This document shows, one piece after another, positions 23,116 through 33,831 of a stretch of DNA of 64,000 nucleotides (position 1 is the first letter of the stretch; the number at the start of each line of letters is the position of its first letter). The notes beneath the pieces are model-generated. The model had not been told where the DNA came from. It was given only the letters and a program-made list of their open reading frames with translations, and did not search any database. The DNA is from Clostridia bacterium (GTDB lineage: Bacteria > Bacillota > Clostridia > TANB77 > CAG-508), in assembly GCA_036307105.1 (NCBI GenBank), contig JAXJYD010000041.1, positions 32,772 to 96,771 of the forward strand. The letters run 5' to 3'. The position numbers and the translations under genes were made by a program.

Positions 23116-23787
23116 CTATTTACTTTCTTTTCCAACAAATTTAAATGTTAATGCAGCTAATGCTGAACCTATAAATGGAGCAACTATAAATACCCAAACT
23201 TGTTTCAAAGCTTCTCCACCTATAAATAATGCTGGTGCTAAACTTCTTGCTGGATTAACTGATGTTCCTGTTAATGGAATTCCCATTATATGTACAAATG
23301 CTAATGTTAATCCAATTACAATTCCTGCAACTGAAGACATTTTTTCATTTGATGTTACTCCTAATATTGTAAATATAAATACAAATGTAAGAATTACCTC
23401 TACTAAGATAGCTCCAATCATATTAATGCCTACAGCAGATGTTTCACCAAATCCATTTTGTCCTAATGATACAATTTCCATTCCAGCAGATTTCATTATT
23501 ACATATAATAATCCTATTCCTAAAATGGCTCCTAATACTTGTGCAATCATATAAAACGCACATTCTTTAAAAGATATTTTTTTGCTAAGAAACATTGCTA
23601 ATGTTACAGCTGGATTTATATGACATCCAGATACATCACCAATTACATAAGCCATAGCTACTATTGATAGTCCAAAAGCTAATGCAATCCCTAATGTTCC
23701 CAAAGCTCCTCCTGCTATTGCAGCACTTCCACATCCAAAAAGGACTAATACTGCTGTTCCTATGAATTCACATACATATTTCTTCAT
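23116..23787 (-). CDS. aqpZ: MIP-family aquaporin
   Basis: Two NPA boxes (HINPAVT, SVNPARS) and six hydrophobic segments. Confidence 0.92.
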   Translation of the reverse strand: MKKYVCEFIGTAVLVLFGCGSAAIAGGALGTLGIALAFGLSIVAMAYVIGDVSGCHINPAVTLAMFLSKKISFKECAFYMIAQVLGAILGIGLLYVIMKSAGMEIVSLGQNGFGETSAVGINMIGAILVEVILTFVFIFTILGVTSNEKMSSVAGIVIGLTLAFVHIMGIPLTGTSVNPARSLAPALFIGGEALKQVWVFIVAPFIGSALAALTFKFVGKESK

Positions 23788-23831
23788 AAGATTTCCCCCT
23801 TATTAATTTAATTTATTATTAAATAGTTTAA

Positions 23832-26396
23832 CTATTTAGTAATCCATTTTATTAAGTCTAGGTTTGCTGGTTCTAATAACATTTCATGTTTTGGCATAAC
23901 CCTAAAAGTATATCCGTAATTTCCACCAGTTGTTAATTCTATTTTTGCTATAAAATAGTATTTCTTTTGTTCTTCATCAGAATCTGATAATGTCATTGGA
24001 ATAATGCTTACATTTTCTACAACTCCATTATCTAATATTTTACCATAATAAGCTTCAACTGTTACATTTTCTACATCTATATTTGGAAGTTCTACTTCAC
24101 AAGATACTTCTATGTTATTTCCAGCATCCATTGTTATATTATCTAGGTTATTTACTTGTGTTATTTTTATATCTTTCCAATCTCTATAGGTATCTTTTTT
24201 CCATGAATTATATGCTGCAACATTATCAATATCTTCATAATATTTTTTAGTTAGGTTACATAGTGGCATATATAATTGATTTGTATAATCTACTAGCATT
24301 CTAGCAGTACTGTATTTTCCACCTGTTGTTATTATAGAGTTTTTCATTATCTCTATCCACTTTTTAGACATTCCATTTCTGTCTTTATCATAATATATTG
24401 GTATTATTTTTTCTTCTAATGTTCTATACATACTTTGGCTGTCTGCTTGATCTTGAGCTTCATATGATTCATATTCAGCGTTTGTACCAATTGTCCATCC
24501 ATTGGTTTGGTCATATCCTTCTGCCCACCATCCATCTAGCACACTAAAGTTTATAACACCATTTACAGAGGCTTTTTGTCCACTTGTTCCTGATGCTTCC
24601 ATTGGTCTTCTTGGATTATTTAACCAAACATCAACACCACTTATTAAATATCTTGACATTGCAATATTATAATTTTCTAGTAAGAATATCTTTCCCTTAA
24701 ATTGTGGCATCATTGAAATTTGATGAATATATTTTATTAGGTCCTGTCCTTCTTTATCTGCAGGATGTGCTTTACCTGCGAATATTAATTGAACAGGCTT
24801 ATCATTATTATTTAGAATTTGTGTTATTCTTTCAATATCCTTAAATATTAATGTTGCTCTTTTATATGTTGCAAATCTTCTTGCAAATCCTATTGTTAAG
24901 GCATGTGGATTTAATTTTGAAACTATTTCATTTATTTCTTCATAACTATATCCTGATCTTCTTAATCTTTCTGTTGTAGATTTTGCAACTAATTGTAATA
25001 ATTTTTCTTTTCTTTCTTTATGTACTTGCCATAACTTATCATTTGGAATATTATTTACCTTTTCCCATATTTCATCTTTATGCATTGAATCTTGCCAGTA
25101 TGGAATTAAGTATTTGTTAAATAATTCTTTTAATTTTGGTGCAAGCCATGAACAAGTATGAATACCATTTGTAACATATCCTATTGGTGATTCACTTGCC
25201 GCAATATTAGGCCATACTTCTCCGAATAATTCCCTAGATACAGCTCCGTGAAGTTTACTAACTCCATTTTTCTTTCCAGCAATTTTTAATGCTAGTATTC
25301 CCATGTTGAATCCATTATCTAGTTCATTACATGGTTTCATTCCTAATTTCATAAATTCTTCTTCTGATAAACCAAGTCTTGGCCAGAAATCCTTGAAATA
25401 TTTTTTTACCAAATCAAGCGGAAATATATCATTTCCTGCTGGTACTGGTGTATGTGTTGTAAATACTGTTTTTGAGCTAGCAATATCTTTTGCAACTTCA
25501 AACGATACTTGTTTTTCTTTTATTATATTTTTAATTATTTCTAAAGTTAAGAATGCAGAATGTCCTTCATTCATATGATATACTGTTGGTTCTAATTCTA
25601 AAGTTTTTAATAAATTTACACCAGCCATTCCTAAAACTATCTCTTGGCGAATTCTCATCTCCTGATCTCCACCATATAATTTTAATGTTATATCTCTGTC
25701 TTCTTCATGGTTTTTCTCTATATCAGAATCTAATAAATATAATGTTACTCTACCTACATTTACTTGCCATACTTTTAAATATAATCTTCTTTTTGGGAAT
25801 TTAACATATATAGTTAAATCTTCACCTTTGTTATCTTTTACTGGTATAATTGGTAGATCATATAAATCTATATTTTTATATTCTGTTTCTTGGTCTCCAT
25901 TACCATTTATTTTTTGATTAAAATAACCATTTTTATATAATAAACCCACTGCAACTAATGGAATACCTAAATCACTTGCTGATTTTAAATGATCTCCTGA
26001 TAATATTCCAAGTCCACCAGAATATATTGGCATAGTTTCATCAATTCCATATTCTGCAGAGAAATATGCAATTAAATCTTTTTTTTCTTCAGGATATTTT
26101 TTAGCAAACCAAGTATTTTTACTATTCATATATCCATCAAAATTAGAAACTACTTTATCATATTCTTTTAAGAAACCAATGTCTTTTGACATAGCTTCAA
26201 GTCTTTCTTGTGAAATATGTTTTAAGAATTTAACAGGATTTTTACCAGATTGCTCCCATAGATCTCCATCCATTTTCTTTAATAATCTTAAAAATTCAGT
26301 GTTCCAAGACCACCATAAATTATTTGATATTTCTGATAATTTTTCTATCCTTTTAGGTAATTGCGGATTAACTGTAATTCTATTAAATACGTACAT
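23832..26396 (-). CDS. glgP: Alpha-glucan (glycogen/maltodextrin) phosphorylase, GT35
   Basis: NLWWSWN, GGLGILSGDHLKSASDLG and EASGTSGQKA (PLP Lys region). The start is taken at ATG MYVFNRI; the track ORF extends to a TTG at 26444. Confidence 0.9.
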   Translation of the reverse strand: MYVFNRITVNPQLPKRIEKLSEISNNLWWSWNTEFLRLLKKMDGDLWEQSGKNPVKFLKHISQERLEAMSKDIGFLKEYDKVVSNFDGYMNSKNTWFAKKYPEEKKDLIAYFSAEYGIDETMPIYSGGLGILSGDHLKSASDLGIPLVAVGLLYKNGYFNQKINGNGDQETEYKNIDLYDLPIIPVKDNKGEDLTIYVKFPKRRLYLKVWQVNVGRVTLYLLDSDIEKNHEEDRDITLKLYGGDQEMRIRQEIVLGMAGVNLLKTLELEPTVYHMNEGHSAFLTLEIIKNIIKEKQVSFEVAKDIASSKTVFTTHTPVPAGNDIFPLDLVKKYFKDFWPRLGLSEEEFMKLGMKPCNELDNGFNMGILALKIAGKKNGVSKLHGAVSRELFGEVWPNIAASESPIGYVTNGIHTCSWLAPKLKELFNKYLIPYWQDSMHKDEIWEKVNNIPNDKLWQVHKERKEKLLQLVAKSTTERLRRSGYSYEEINEIVSKLNPHALTIGFARRFATYKRATLIFKDIERITQILNNNDKPVQLIFAGKAHPADKEGQDLIKYIHQISMMPQFKGKIFLLENYNIAMSRYLISGVDVWLNNPRRPMEASGTSGQKASVNGVINFSVLDGWWAEGYDQTNGWTIGTNAEYESYEAQDQADSQSMYRTLEEKIIPIYYDKDRNGMSKKWIEIMKNSIITTGGKYSTARMLVDYTNQLYMPLCNLTKKYYEDIDNVAAYNSWKKDTYRDWKDIKITQVNNLDNITMDAGNNIEVSCEVELPNIDVENVTVEAYYGKILDNGVVENVSIIPMTLSDSDEEQKKYYFIAKIELTTGGNYGYTFRVMPKHEMLLEPANLDLIKWITK

Positions 26397-26507
26397 TTTA
26401 TTAAATTCCTCCTTTGTATTTTTCCAGCTATTTTCTTTTGACAATTTTACATTTATATTATCTATTAAATAATTCTTTTTGTCAAATGTTTTTTATATCT
26501 TTTTTGA

Positions 26508-27524
26508 CTAAAATATCCTCATCACATCATTATAGGTCACATACAATGATAATGCAATTAATATAGAAAATCCTATAAGTTGAATATTTATTTCTGTTTT
26601 TTCGTTCATAGGTTTTCTTCTAATTGCTTCTATAATTAAAATCAGTATCTTTCCCCCATCTAATGCCGGTATTGGTAAAAGATTTGTTACTCCTAATGAC
26701 ATAGAAATTAATGCCATCATATAAACAAATTCTCTTATTCCATTTGTCTTAGATACAACTTCTGATATACCTACTGGGCCCATCATTTGATCCACACCAA
26801 CATGACCTGTAAATAGTTGTTTCATATTATCAACTATAGATAATGTAAAATCTTTTACATTTATTAGACCATTTATGCATCTATTTATAAATGTATCTTC
26901 TGCTGGTTTTAAATTTACACCTAAATAAAATAATTTGTATCCATTACTTTCCTCTGCTTTAGGTGTAGTTATATATTCTTCTATTTTGCCGTTTCTTTCT
27001 ACTTTAATTTTTATTTCTTGATTATATTTCTGTAATACATCATTTAAATCATACAAATTATTAATTTGTTTTTCATTTACTTGTATTATTTTATCTCCAG
27101 GCATAATTCCTAACTCTTGTGCTGGAAATCCATCTATTGTTTGAGCAACTTCATTTGTAATATATGGTCCAGATGTAGCTGTTAATATAAAATAAATCAC
27201 AAGTGCAAAAATAATATTTACAGTTGCTCCTGCCATTACAATTGCAATTCTTTTAAGGATGCTTGCTTTAGAAAAAGAGCCTTCTTCGTCAGACCTCTCT
27301 TCTTCTCCTTGCATATTTACAAAGCCACCTAATGGTACTAATCTTAATGCATATTTAGTTTCTTTTCCTTGTTTTTTCCATAAAGTTGGACCAAATCCAA
27401 TTGCAAATTCATTTACTCTTACTTTGCACAATTTTGCAACTGTAAAATGACCAAGTTCATGTATAAAAATTAAAAATCCTAGTAAAAATATTATCTTTAA
27501 AGCTGAAATTATAAAAGAAATCAC
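26508..27524 (-). CDS. rseP: RIP metalloprotease RseP/RasP (M50) with PDZ domain
   Basis: HELGHF motif, a PDZ-like middle region and LPIPALDGG. The GTG start follows AGGAGG. Confidence 0.92.
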   Translation of the reverse strand: MISFIISALKIIFLLGFLIFIHELGHFTVAKLCKVRVNEFAIGFGPTLWKKQGKETKYALRLVPLGGFVNMQGEEERSDEEGSFSKASILKRIAIVMAGATVNIIFALVIYFILTATSGPYITNEVAQTIDGFPAQELGIMPGDKIIQVNEKQINNLYDLNDVLQKYNQEIKIKVERNGKIEEYITTPKAEESNGYKLFYLGVNLKPAEDTFINRCINGLINVKDFTLSIVDNMKQLFTGHVGVDQMMGPVGISEVVSKTNGIREFVYMMALISMSLGVTNLLPIPALDGGKILILIIEAIRRKPMNEKTEINIQLIGFSILIALSLYVTYNDVMRIF

Positions 27525-27559
27525 AGATTTTCCTCCTTGTTTTATCTACTATGTATTAG

Positions 27560-27708
27560 AACAATGATTACAGGCATATTTAAGTAATACGCATAAGCGA
27601 CCAAACGAGCTGATAGCGAGTGCGATTGGAGCAACCTACATACAAGTATTTTTAATATTTGAGGTTGCGACACGCAAGTATTACGCAAATATACCTGTAA
27701 TCATTGTT
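27560..27708. repeat. Long imperfect inverted repeat (about 33-bp arms AACAATGATTACAGG...) around a G+C-richer core; MITE-like or structured RNA
   Basis: Arms at 27560-27592 and 27674-27708, with an inner hairpin GCAACC...GGTTGC. The core AACGAGCTGATAGCGAG resembles the core of the element at 41937-42097. Confidence 0.6.
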
Positions 27709-27718
27709 TATAAATATT

Positions 27719-28522
27719 TTATAAAACTGTAAACAAAGCATAAGCAAATGGTGCTAAAAAGATTAAACTATCTATTCTATCTAGCATTCCACCATGTCCT
27801 GGAATTAAATTACTATAATCCTTTATATCAACAAATCTTTTTATAGTAGATGCTGCAAAATCACCAATTTGACCAATTAAGCTTAATACTATTCCTATTA
27901 CTCCTATTTGTAAATATCCATAATTCATTCCCCAATATGTATTTGCGATATAAGTATAAACTAACATTAATATTACGGCACCTACAACTCCACCTATGCA
28001 CCCTTCTATTGATTTTTTTGGACTAACTTTACTAAATTTATGTTTTCCGAAATACTTTCCTACCACATATGCACTTATATCTGTTCCCCATGCTGCAAAT
28101 AAAGCATACCAAATTAATATTTTTCCATTTGGCATACCATCAATAAAAGCTACAAACATTATACAAAATACAACATATAAAATACCTATAAAGGTATATG
28201 CTATATCTTTAAATGATGTTTTCATATCTGTTGCAATAACTTGTGCAAAAAGTACTGTCAAAATAGTTGGAATTGATAATGTAACTACCATTCTTAATGC
28301 TTCTGGTGGCACAATATGTATTATAGCTATACTAAAACAGCTCAGATATCCTAGCCATTTAACCGGTTTTGAAACCTTTGAAACTGCATTAAAATATTCA
28401 TCCATAGCAAGTAATGCTATAATTGATAGACATACATCTACTACTATTTTATTTCCTAATAATAAAATTATTAATACTAATGGAAATCCTAATAATCCTG
28501 AAGTTAATCTTTTAACATCCAT
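27719..28522 (-). CDS. cdsA: Phosphatidate cytidylyltransferase
   Basis: Polytopic membrane protein with C-terminal SxxKRxxxxKDxxxxxPGHGGxxDRxDS (STIKRFVDIKDYSNLIPGHGGMLDRIDS). Confidence 0.92.
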   Translation of the reverse strand: MDVKRLTSGLLGFPLVLIILLLGNKIVVDVCLSIIALLAMDEYFNAVSKVSKPVKWLGYLSCFSIAIIHIVPPEALRMVVTLSIPTILTVLFAQVIATDMKTSFKDIAYTFIGILYVVFCIMFVAFIDGMPNGKILIWYALFAAWGTDISAYVVGKYFGKHKFSKVSPKKSIEGCIGGVVGAVILMLVYTYIANTYWGMNYGYLQIGVIGIVLSLIGQIGDFAASTIKRFVDIKDYSNLIPGHGGMLDRIDSLIFLAPFAYALFTVL

Positions 28523-28547
28523 ACTATTATCCTTTCTTTTTTATAAT

Positions 28548-29261
28548 TTAATTTGCACCAAATTTTCTTGTTCTTTTTTGATATTCTATTATTGCATCAT
28601 CCAAATCTTCTTCATTAAAATCTGGCCAATTTTTATCAATAAATAAAAACTCTGAATAAACTAATTGCCAAGGCAAGAAATTACTTAAACGCAATTCCCC
28701 ACTTGTTCTAATTAATAAATCTGGATCTGGCTGACCTTTTGTGTATAAATTATTTGAAACTAATTCTTCTGTTATATCTTCTAATTTTATTTTTTCTTCT
28801 TTTACGTCTTTAGAAATTTGTTTTATTGCTTTTAATAGTTCATCTCTTCCGCCATAATTAAGTGCAATATTAAAAGTAACGCCAGTATTATCTTTTGTTC
28901 TTTCCATGCATTTATTAATACTTTTTTGCATTCCTTCTGATAAGGCAGAAATATCTCCTAATATTTTTACTCTTATATTTTCTGTGTCCGCTCTTTTAGA
29001 ATAATCATCTAAATAAGTTTGAAGAAGCATCATTAAGGATTTAACCTCTTCTTCTGCTCTTTTCCAATTCTCTGTTGAAAATGCATAAACTGTAATATAT
29101 CCTAATCCTATTTTATTAGCATATCTTACTATTTTTTCTAGAGTATTAGCACCTTGTTTATGTCCAAAACTAGCTGGTTTCCCTTGTGCTCTTGCCCATC
29201 TTCTATTACCATCCATTATAATTGCAATATGTTTTGGCATATTCTCTTTATCAAATTTCAT
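28548..29261 (-). CDS. uppS: Undecaprenyl diphosphate synthase (isoprenyl transferase)
   Basis: HIAIIMDGNRRWA, FSTENWKR and RTSGELRLSNFLPWQ motifs. Confidence 0.95.
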   Translation of the reverse strand: MKFDKENMPKHIAIIMDGNRRWARAQGKPASFGHKQGANTLEKIVRYANKIGLGYITVYAFSTENWKRAEEEVKSLMMLLQTYLDDYSKRADTENIRVKILGDISALSEGMQKSINKCMERTKDNTGVTFNIALNYGGRDELLKAIKQISKDVKEEKIKLEDITEELVSNNLYTKGQPDPDLLIRTSGELRLSNFLPWQLVYSEFLFIDKNWPDFNEEDLDDAIIEYQKRTRKFGAN

Positions 29262-29272
29262 AAAAATTCCCT

Positions 29273-30160
29273 CTATTTATTTCTATTTTTTATATATAAA
29301 GCGAGCTGTTTTAAAAATTCAGCTTTTTCTCCATATAAACTTACTTCTTCTATTGCTTCTTTTGTTATTTTTTCTAAAATATCTTTTGCACCATCTAAAC
29401 CATATTTAGAAACATATGTACATTTTTCTAATTCCTTATCATTACCAACAGGCTTTCCTAATACTTTCTCGTCCCCCTCTTCAGATAATATATCATCTTT
29501 TATTTGGAAAGCTAAGCCAATTTTTTCAGCATAAGAAGTTAGTCTTTCTAAATCTTTCTCAGTAACATTAGCTAGTATTGCACCCATTCTAACACATAAT
29601 CTTAAAAGAGCTCCAGTCTTGTTTTTGTGTATATATTCTAAATAATCATCAGATATTTGTTTTCCTTCATATTCAGTATCTATATACTCTCCTGCAATCA
29701 TTCTATCAACAGCATTTGAGAATTCACTAAATACTTGTATTTTACTTTTTAATTCTTCATTATTAGATTTTTTTAAATCTTCACTAATTACAATATATGC
29801 TTGATTTAGTAAACCATCACCAGCAAGAATTGCTGTTGCTTCATTAAATTGTTTATGATTTGTTGGTTTTCCATGTCTAAAGTCATCATTATCAATTCCT
29901 GGTAGATCGTCATGTATTAAAGAAAAATTATGCACCATTTCAATTGCTACAGCATAAGGCATGCATTTTTCTACATTTTTATTAAATATTTTATATGTAG
30001 CAATAACCAGAATTGGCCTTATGCGTTTTCCACTGGCCATAAGGCTATATTCCATTGAATTATTTAATACTTTTTCAGGAACATCTTCCTTTCTTAAATA
30101 TTTTTCTAATTCATTATTTATTATTTCTTGATATACTTTTAGCTGATCTTTAAATTCCAT
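29273..30160 (-). CDS. Short-chain trans-polyprenyl diphosphate synthase (FPP/GGPP synthase-like)
   Basis: First DDxxD-type motif LIHDDLPGIDNDDFRHGKPT and second motif FQIKDDILS. Confidence 0.88.
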   Translation of the reverse strand: MEFKDQLKVYQEIINNELEKYLRKEDVPEKVLNNSMEYSLMASGKRIRPILVIATYKIFNKNVEKCMPYAVAIEMVHNFSLIHDDLPGIDNDDFRHGKPTNHKQFNEATAILAGDGLLNQAYIVISEDLKKSNNEELKSKIQVFSEFSNAVDRMIAGEYIDTEYEGKQISDDYLEYIHKNKTGALLRLCVRMGAILANVTEKDLERLTSYAEKIGLAFQIKDDILSEEGDEKVLGKPVGNDKELEKCTYVSKYGLDGAKDILEKITKEAIEEVSLYGEKAEFLKQLALYIKNRNK

Positions 30161-30177
30161 TAATTACTCCTTAAAAT

Positions 30178-30726
30178 CTATATTGACATTATTTCCTTTT
30201 CTTTTGTTTCCAATATTTTATCTATTTCTTCAATACTTTTATCTGTAATTTTTTGAATTTCATTTTCAGCTTGTTTTAATTCATCTTCTGTCATTTCTCC
30301 ATCTTTTTGTTCTTGTTTTGCTGTATCCATCCCTTCTCTTCTTATTGAACGAACTGCAACTTTTGCATCTTCTGCCATTTTTCTTACTTCTTTTGCAAGT
30401 TCTTTTCTTCTTTCTTCATTTAATTCAGGGAAAGCTAGTCTTATTACTTTTCCATCATTATTTGGATTAATTCCTATATCAGATGCTAATATTGCTTTTT
30501 CAATTTCTTTTAAAATACTTGCATCCCATGGTTGAATAACTATTAATCTAGCTTCAGGAACAGAAACACCTGCTACTTGATTAATTGGTGTTGGTGTACC
30601 ATAATAATCTATTTTTACTTTATTCAATATTGCAGGATTTGCTCTTCCTGCTCTAACCTCTGTTAATTTTTCATTATAAACACTTATTGTTTTTTCCATT
30701 TTTTCTTTTAAATTTGTATAATCCAT
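30178..30726 (-). CDS. frr: Ribosome recycling factor
   Basis: Typical Frr sequence (RAGRANPAILNKVKIDYYGTPTPINQVA...) over 182 aa. Confidence 0.95.
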   Translation of the reverse strand: MDYTNLKEKMEKTISVYNEKLTEVRAGRANPAILNKVKIDYYGTPTPINQVAGVSVPEARLIVIQPWDASILKEIEKAILASDIGINPNNDGKVIRLAFPELNEERRKELAKEVRKMAEDAKVAVRSIRREGMDTAKQEQKDGEMTEDELKQAENEIQKITDKSIEEIDKILETKEKEIMSI

Positions 30727-30755
30727 TCTAAATTCCTCCTATTATTTAAAACACT

Positions 30756-30799
30756 GGGGACAGTCCCCTTTTGTTTCATTTTTGTCGTTTTTTGTCGAT
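30756..30799 (+). repeat. REP-like element copy (GGGGACAGTCCCC hairpin plus TTTTGTTTCATTTTTGTCGTTTTTTGTCGA)
   Basis: Near-identical to the sequences flanking the RAYT gene at 56827-56869 and 57771-57812. Confidence 0.75.
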
Positions 30800-30871
30800 A
30801 ACTTCTCTTGATTTTTTTTTCATACTAAGTTATCAGTTAAATAAGAATTGTGGATTTGGCAAGGCAAACGT

Positions 30872-31579
30872 TTAACTCACGATTGTTCCAATCTTTTCTC
30901 CCTTAACAGCTCTAACAATATTTTCTGGATCTTCTATTCCAAATACTAATAATGGCATATTATTATCTCTACACATTGCTGTTGCTGTTGAGTCCATAAC
31001 TTTTAAATCTTTTTCTAAAACTTCCATATAAGATATTTCTTCATATTTTGTTGCAGTTGGATCTAACTTAGGATCTGCTGAATATACTGCATCTATTGAT
31101 TTCCCAAGTAATATTACTTCTGCATTTATTTCTGTTGCTCGAAGTACCGCTGCTGTATCTGTTGTAAAATATGGATGTCCTGTACCACATGCAAATATAA
31201 CAACTCTTCCTCTATTTAAATGTTTTTCTGCTTTTCTATGTATAAATGGCTCTGCAATTTCTCTCATTTCAATTGCTGTTTGTACTCTTGAAAAAACTCC
31301 TCTTGCTTCTAAAGCATCTTGCAAAGCTAATCCATTCATAGCAGTTGCAAGCATTCCCATATAATCAGCAGTTGTTCTTTCCATTTGATGTCCATTTCTA
31401 CCTCTCCAGAAGTTTCCTCCTCCAACTACTATTCCCACTTGTACTCCCATATCTACTATTTCTTTTATTTTATCACATATTTTTCCTACTGTTTCTACAT
31501 CTACTCCAGTCTTTTGTTTTCCTGCTAATGCTTCACCGCTTAATTTTAAAAGTACTCTTTTATATTTTAGTTCAGACAT
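30872..31579 (-). CDS. pyrH: UMP kinase
   Basis: [23 protein letters not shown] and TTDTAA motifs. Confidence 0.95.
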   Translation of the reverse strand: MSELKYKRVLLKLSGEALAGKQKTGVDVETVGKICDKIKEIVDMGVQVGIVVGGGNFWRGRNGHQMERTTADYMGMLATAMNGLALQDALEARGVFSRVQTAIEMREIAEPFIHRKAEKHLNRGRVVIFACGTGHPYFTTDTAAVLRATEINAEVILLGKSIDAVYSADPKLDPTATKYEEISYMEVLEKDLKVMDSTATAMCRDNNMPLLVFGIEDPENIVRAVKGEKIGTIVS

Positions 31580-31708
31580 TGTTTCACTCCTCTTTTTTAT
31601 TTTATCAGGCCTATTGTATCATATATTAGAAAAAAATACAGTATTTTTTTAATATTTTAGTAAAAAAATCCAAATTTTGATTACTCAAAACTTGGATTTT
31701 TAATTTTT

Positions 31709-32590
31709 TTATTTATTCAATTGATTCATAACTTCTTCTGCAAAATTTTCTTCTTTCTTTTCGATTCCTTCACCTTTTTCAAATCTTGCAAATTCTACTA
31801 CTTCACTATCTGTTTCTTTTAATAGTTGAGATACTTTTTTATTTGGATCTTTAACAAATGCTTGATCTACTAAACAAATTTCTCCAAAGAATTTTCCAAT
31901 TCTTCCTTCTACTATTTTTTCAGCTATTGCTTCAGGTTTTCCTTCATTCATTGTTTGTGCTTTTAAAATTTCTTTTTCTTTTTCTATTCTTTCAGCTGGA
32001 ACAGATTGCTCATTTAAGTATTCAGGTCTTGCTGCTGCAATTTGCATACATACATCTTTTGCAACTTCTTTAGTTCCTTTTTTCATATTAACTAAAACTG
32101 CGATTTTTCCATCTCCATGAATATATTTTTCTACTAATCCTTCAGATTCAAATCTTGCAAATCTTCTGATGTTCATATTTTCACCAATTGTTGCAATTTT
32201 TTCTACTAATACTTCATTTACTGTTTTTCCTGGTACTTCAATTGAATCTTGTGCTAATAAAGCATCTACATCTGCTGGATTTTTTTCAACAACTTGTTTT
32301 GCTACATTCATAACAAAGTTTTTGAATTCTTCATTTTTAGCAACAAAGTCTGTTTCTGAATTTACTTCTACAACAGCACCTATTTTTCCATCTTCTGAAA
32401 CATATGCTTCAACTAAACCTTCTGCTGCAACTCTTCCAGATTTTTTTGCAGCTTTAGCAATTCCTCTTTCTCTTAATAATTCAATTGCTTTCTCCATGTC
32501 TCCATCTGTTTCTGTTAGAACTTTTTTGCAGTCCATCATTCCTGCACCTGTTTTTTCTCTTAAATCTTTAACTTGACTAGCTGTAACCAT
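31709..32590 (-). CDS. tsf: Elongation factor Ts
   Basis: VTASQVKDLREKTGAGMMDCKKVL. The start at 32590 follows GGAGGA; the track ORF extends to 32626. Confidence 0.95.
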   Translation of the reverse strand: MVTASQVKDLREKTGAGMMDCKKVLTETDGDMEKAIELLRERGIAKAAKKSGRVAAEGLVEAYVSEDGKIGAVVEVNSETDFVAKNEEFKNFVMNVAKQVVEKNPADVDALLAQDSIEVPGKTVNEVLVEKIATIGENMNIRRFARFESEGLVEKYIHGDGKIAVLVNMKKGTKEVAKDVCMQIAAARPEYLNEQSVPAERIEKEKEILKAQTMNEGKPEAIAEKIVEGRIGKFFGEICLVDQAFVKDPNKKVSQLLKETDSEVVEFARFEKGEGIEKKEENFAEEVMNQLNK

Positions 32591-32837
32591 TATAAATTCC
32601 TCCTTAATTTTTTTAATTCTTGACAAATTTCGATTTTTAATTATTTTCTTTTAAAATTTTTCAAATAATTAAAAATCGTAAAAATTTGTCGCGCGAAAAT
32701 TTATTTATAAATTTTCTGTGCAATATTAATCTTTTTTGATATATAAAATTTATTTTATATATCAAAAAAAGAGTTGAGCAGAAAAGCTCCACTCTTCTTT
32801 TGATTAGTTTTAAAAATTTATTAACTATTTTTTTGAA

Positions 32838-33638
32838 TTATTCTTCTTCACTTTCTTCAGTTGTTTCTTTTTCTTCTTTAGCAACAACTTCTTCAATTGA
32901 TGTAGCTTCTTCTTCATCTGCTACTTGTTCTTCTGAAACTTCTTCTTCAAAGCTTTCACCTTGTCTACCTTCAATAACTGCATTAGCCATTACATCTGCT
33001 ATTAATTTAACAGCACGAATTGCATCATCATTTCCTGGTATTGGATAATCTAATTCTTCAGGATTGCAGTTTGTATCTACTAATCCAACAACTGGAATTC
33101 CTAATTTTTTAGCTTCTAAGATAGCTATTCTTTCTTTTTTAGGATCTACTAAGAATATAACTCCTGGTAATTCATTCATTTCTTTAATTCCACCAAGATT
33201 TTTTTCTAGTTTTTCCATTTCTTTCTTTAATAAAATTACTTCTTTTTTAGGTAATACATCAAATGTACCATCTTCTTGCATTTTTTCTAAGTCTTTTAAT
33301 CTTTGAATTCTTTTTTGTATTGTATCAAAGTTTGTTAGCATTCCTCCTAACCATCTTTGATCAACATAGAACATTCCACATTTAATTGCAGCTTCTTTCA
33401 TGCATTCTTGTGCTTGTTTTTTTGTTCCAACAAATAGAACTGTTTTTCCTTCTTCTGCTTGTTCTCTGATGAAGTCATATGCTTCATCTAATTTTTTTGA
33501 TGTCTTTTGTAAATCAATGATGTGAATTCCATTTCTAGCTTGGAATATATATTCAGCCATTTTAGGATCCCATCTTCTTGTTTGATGTCCGAAATGAACA
33601 CCTGCTTCTAGTAATTGTTTCATTGCAACTACTGCCAT
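32838..33638 (-). CDS. rpsB: 30S ribosomal protein S2 with acidic C-terminal tail
   Basis: [27 protein letters not shown]. The start at 33638 follows GGGAGGA. Confidence 0.95.
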   Translation of the reverse strand: MAVVAMKQLLEAGVHFGHQTRRWDPKMAEYIFQARNGIHIIDLQKTSKKLDEAYDFIREQAEEGKTVLFVGTKKQAQECMKEAAIKCGMFYVDQRWLGGMLTNFDTIQKRIQRLKDLEKMQEDGTFDVLPKKEVILLKKEMEKLEKNLGGIKEMNELPGVIFLVDPKKERIAILEAKKLGIPVVGLVDTNCNPEELDYPIPGNDDAIRAVKLIADVMANAVIEGRQGESFEEEVSEEQVADEEEATSIEEVVAKEEKETTEESEEE

Positions 33639-33748
33639 TTTAAATTCCTCCCTTTTTGTTTTTTCTTCCACAAAGTTCTTCATTCTTTAGGACCAAGTTA
33701 TCTTGGCACTTCCCTTAAAACTCTCTTTGTGTGATTAATACGCTAACT

Positions 33749-33777
33749 ATTGTACCAAATTTTTGTAACAATTGCAA
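33749..33777 (-). promoter_or_regulatory. rpsB promoter candidate (TTGCAA-17-TGgTACAAT)
   Basis: -35 at 33772-33777 and extended -10 at 33749-33757 on the minus strand, about 110 nt before the rpsB start. Confidence 0.5.
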
Positions 33778-33796
33778 GATATTTTGCTAAATTTAT

Positions 33797-33825
33797 TTGA
33801 CTTTTTATATTTTTTATAGTAAAAT
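33797..33825 (+). promoter_or_regulatory. Near-consensus sigma-A promoter (TTGACT-17-TAAAAT) with no ORF downstream
   Basis: -35 at 33797-33802 and -10 at 33820-33825. It is followed by two intrinsic terminators. Confidence 0.5.
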
Positions 33826-33831
33826 AAGTTT

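Noticed and set aside
27996-28646. 216-aa plus-strand ORF, with many similar 60-135 aa ORFs in the track (for example 1163-1369, 10877-11260, 32169-32576, 52866-53336, 58593-58964)
   Set aside because: These are antisense shadows of well-supported minus-strand genes. They have low-complexity F/L/I/S-rich translations, no RBS and no motifs.
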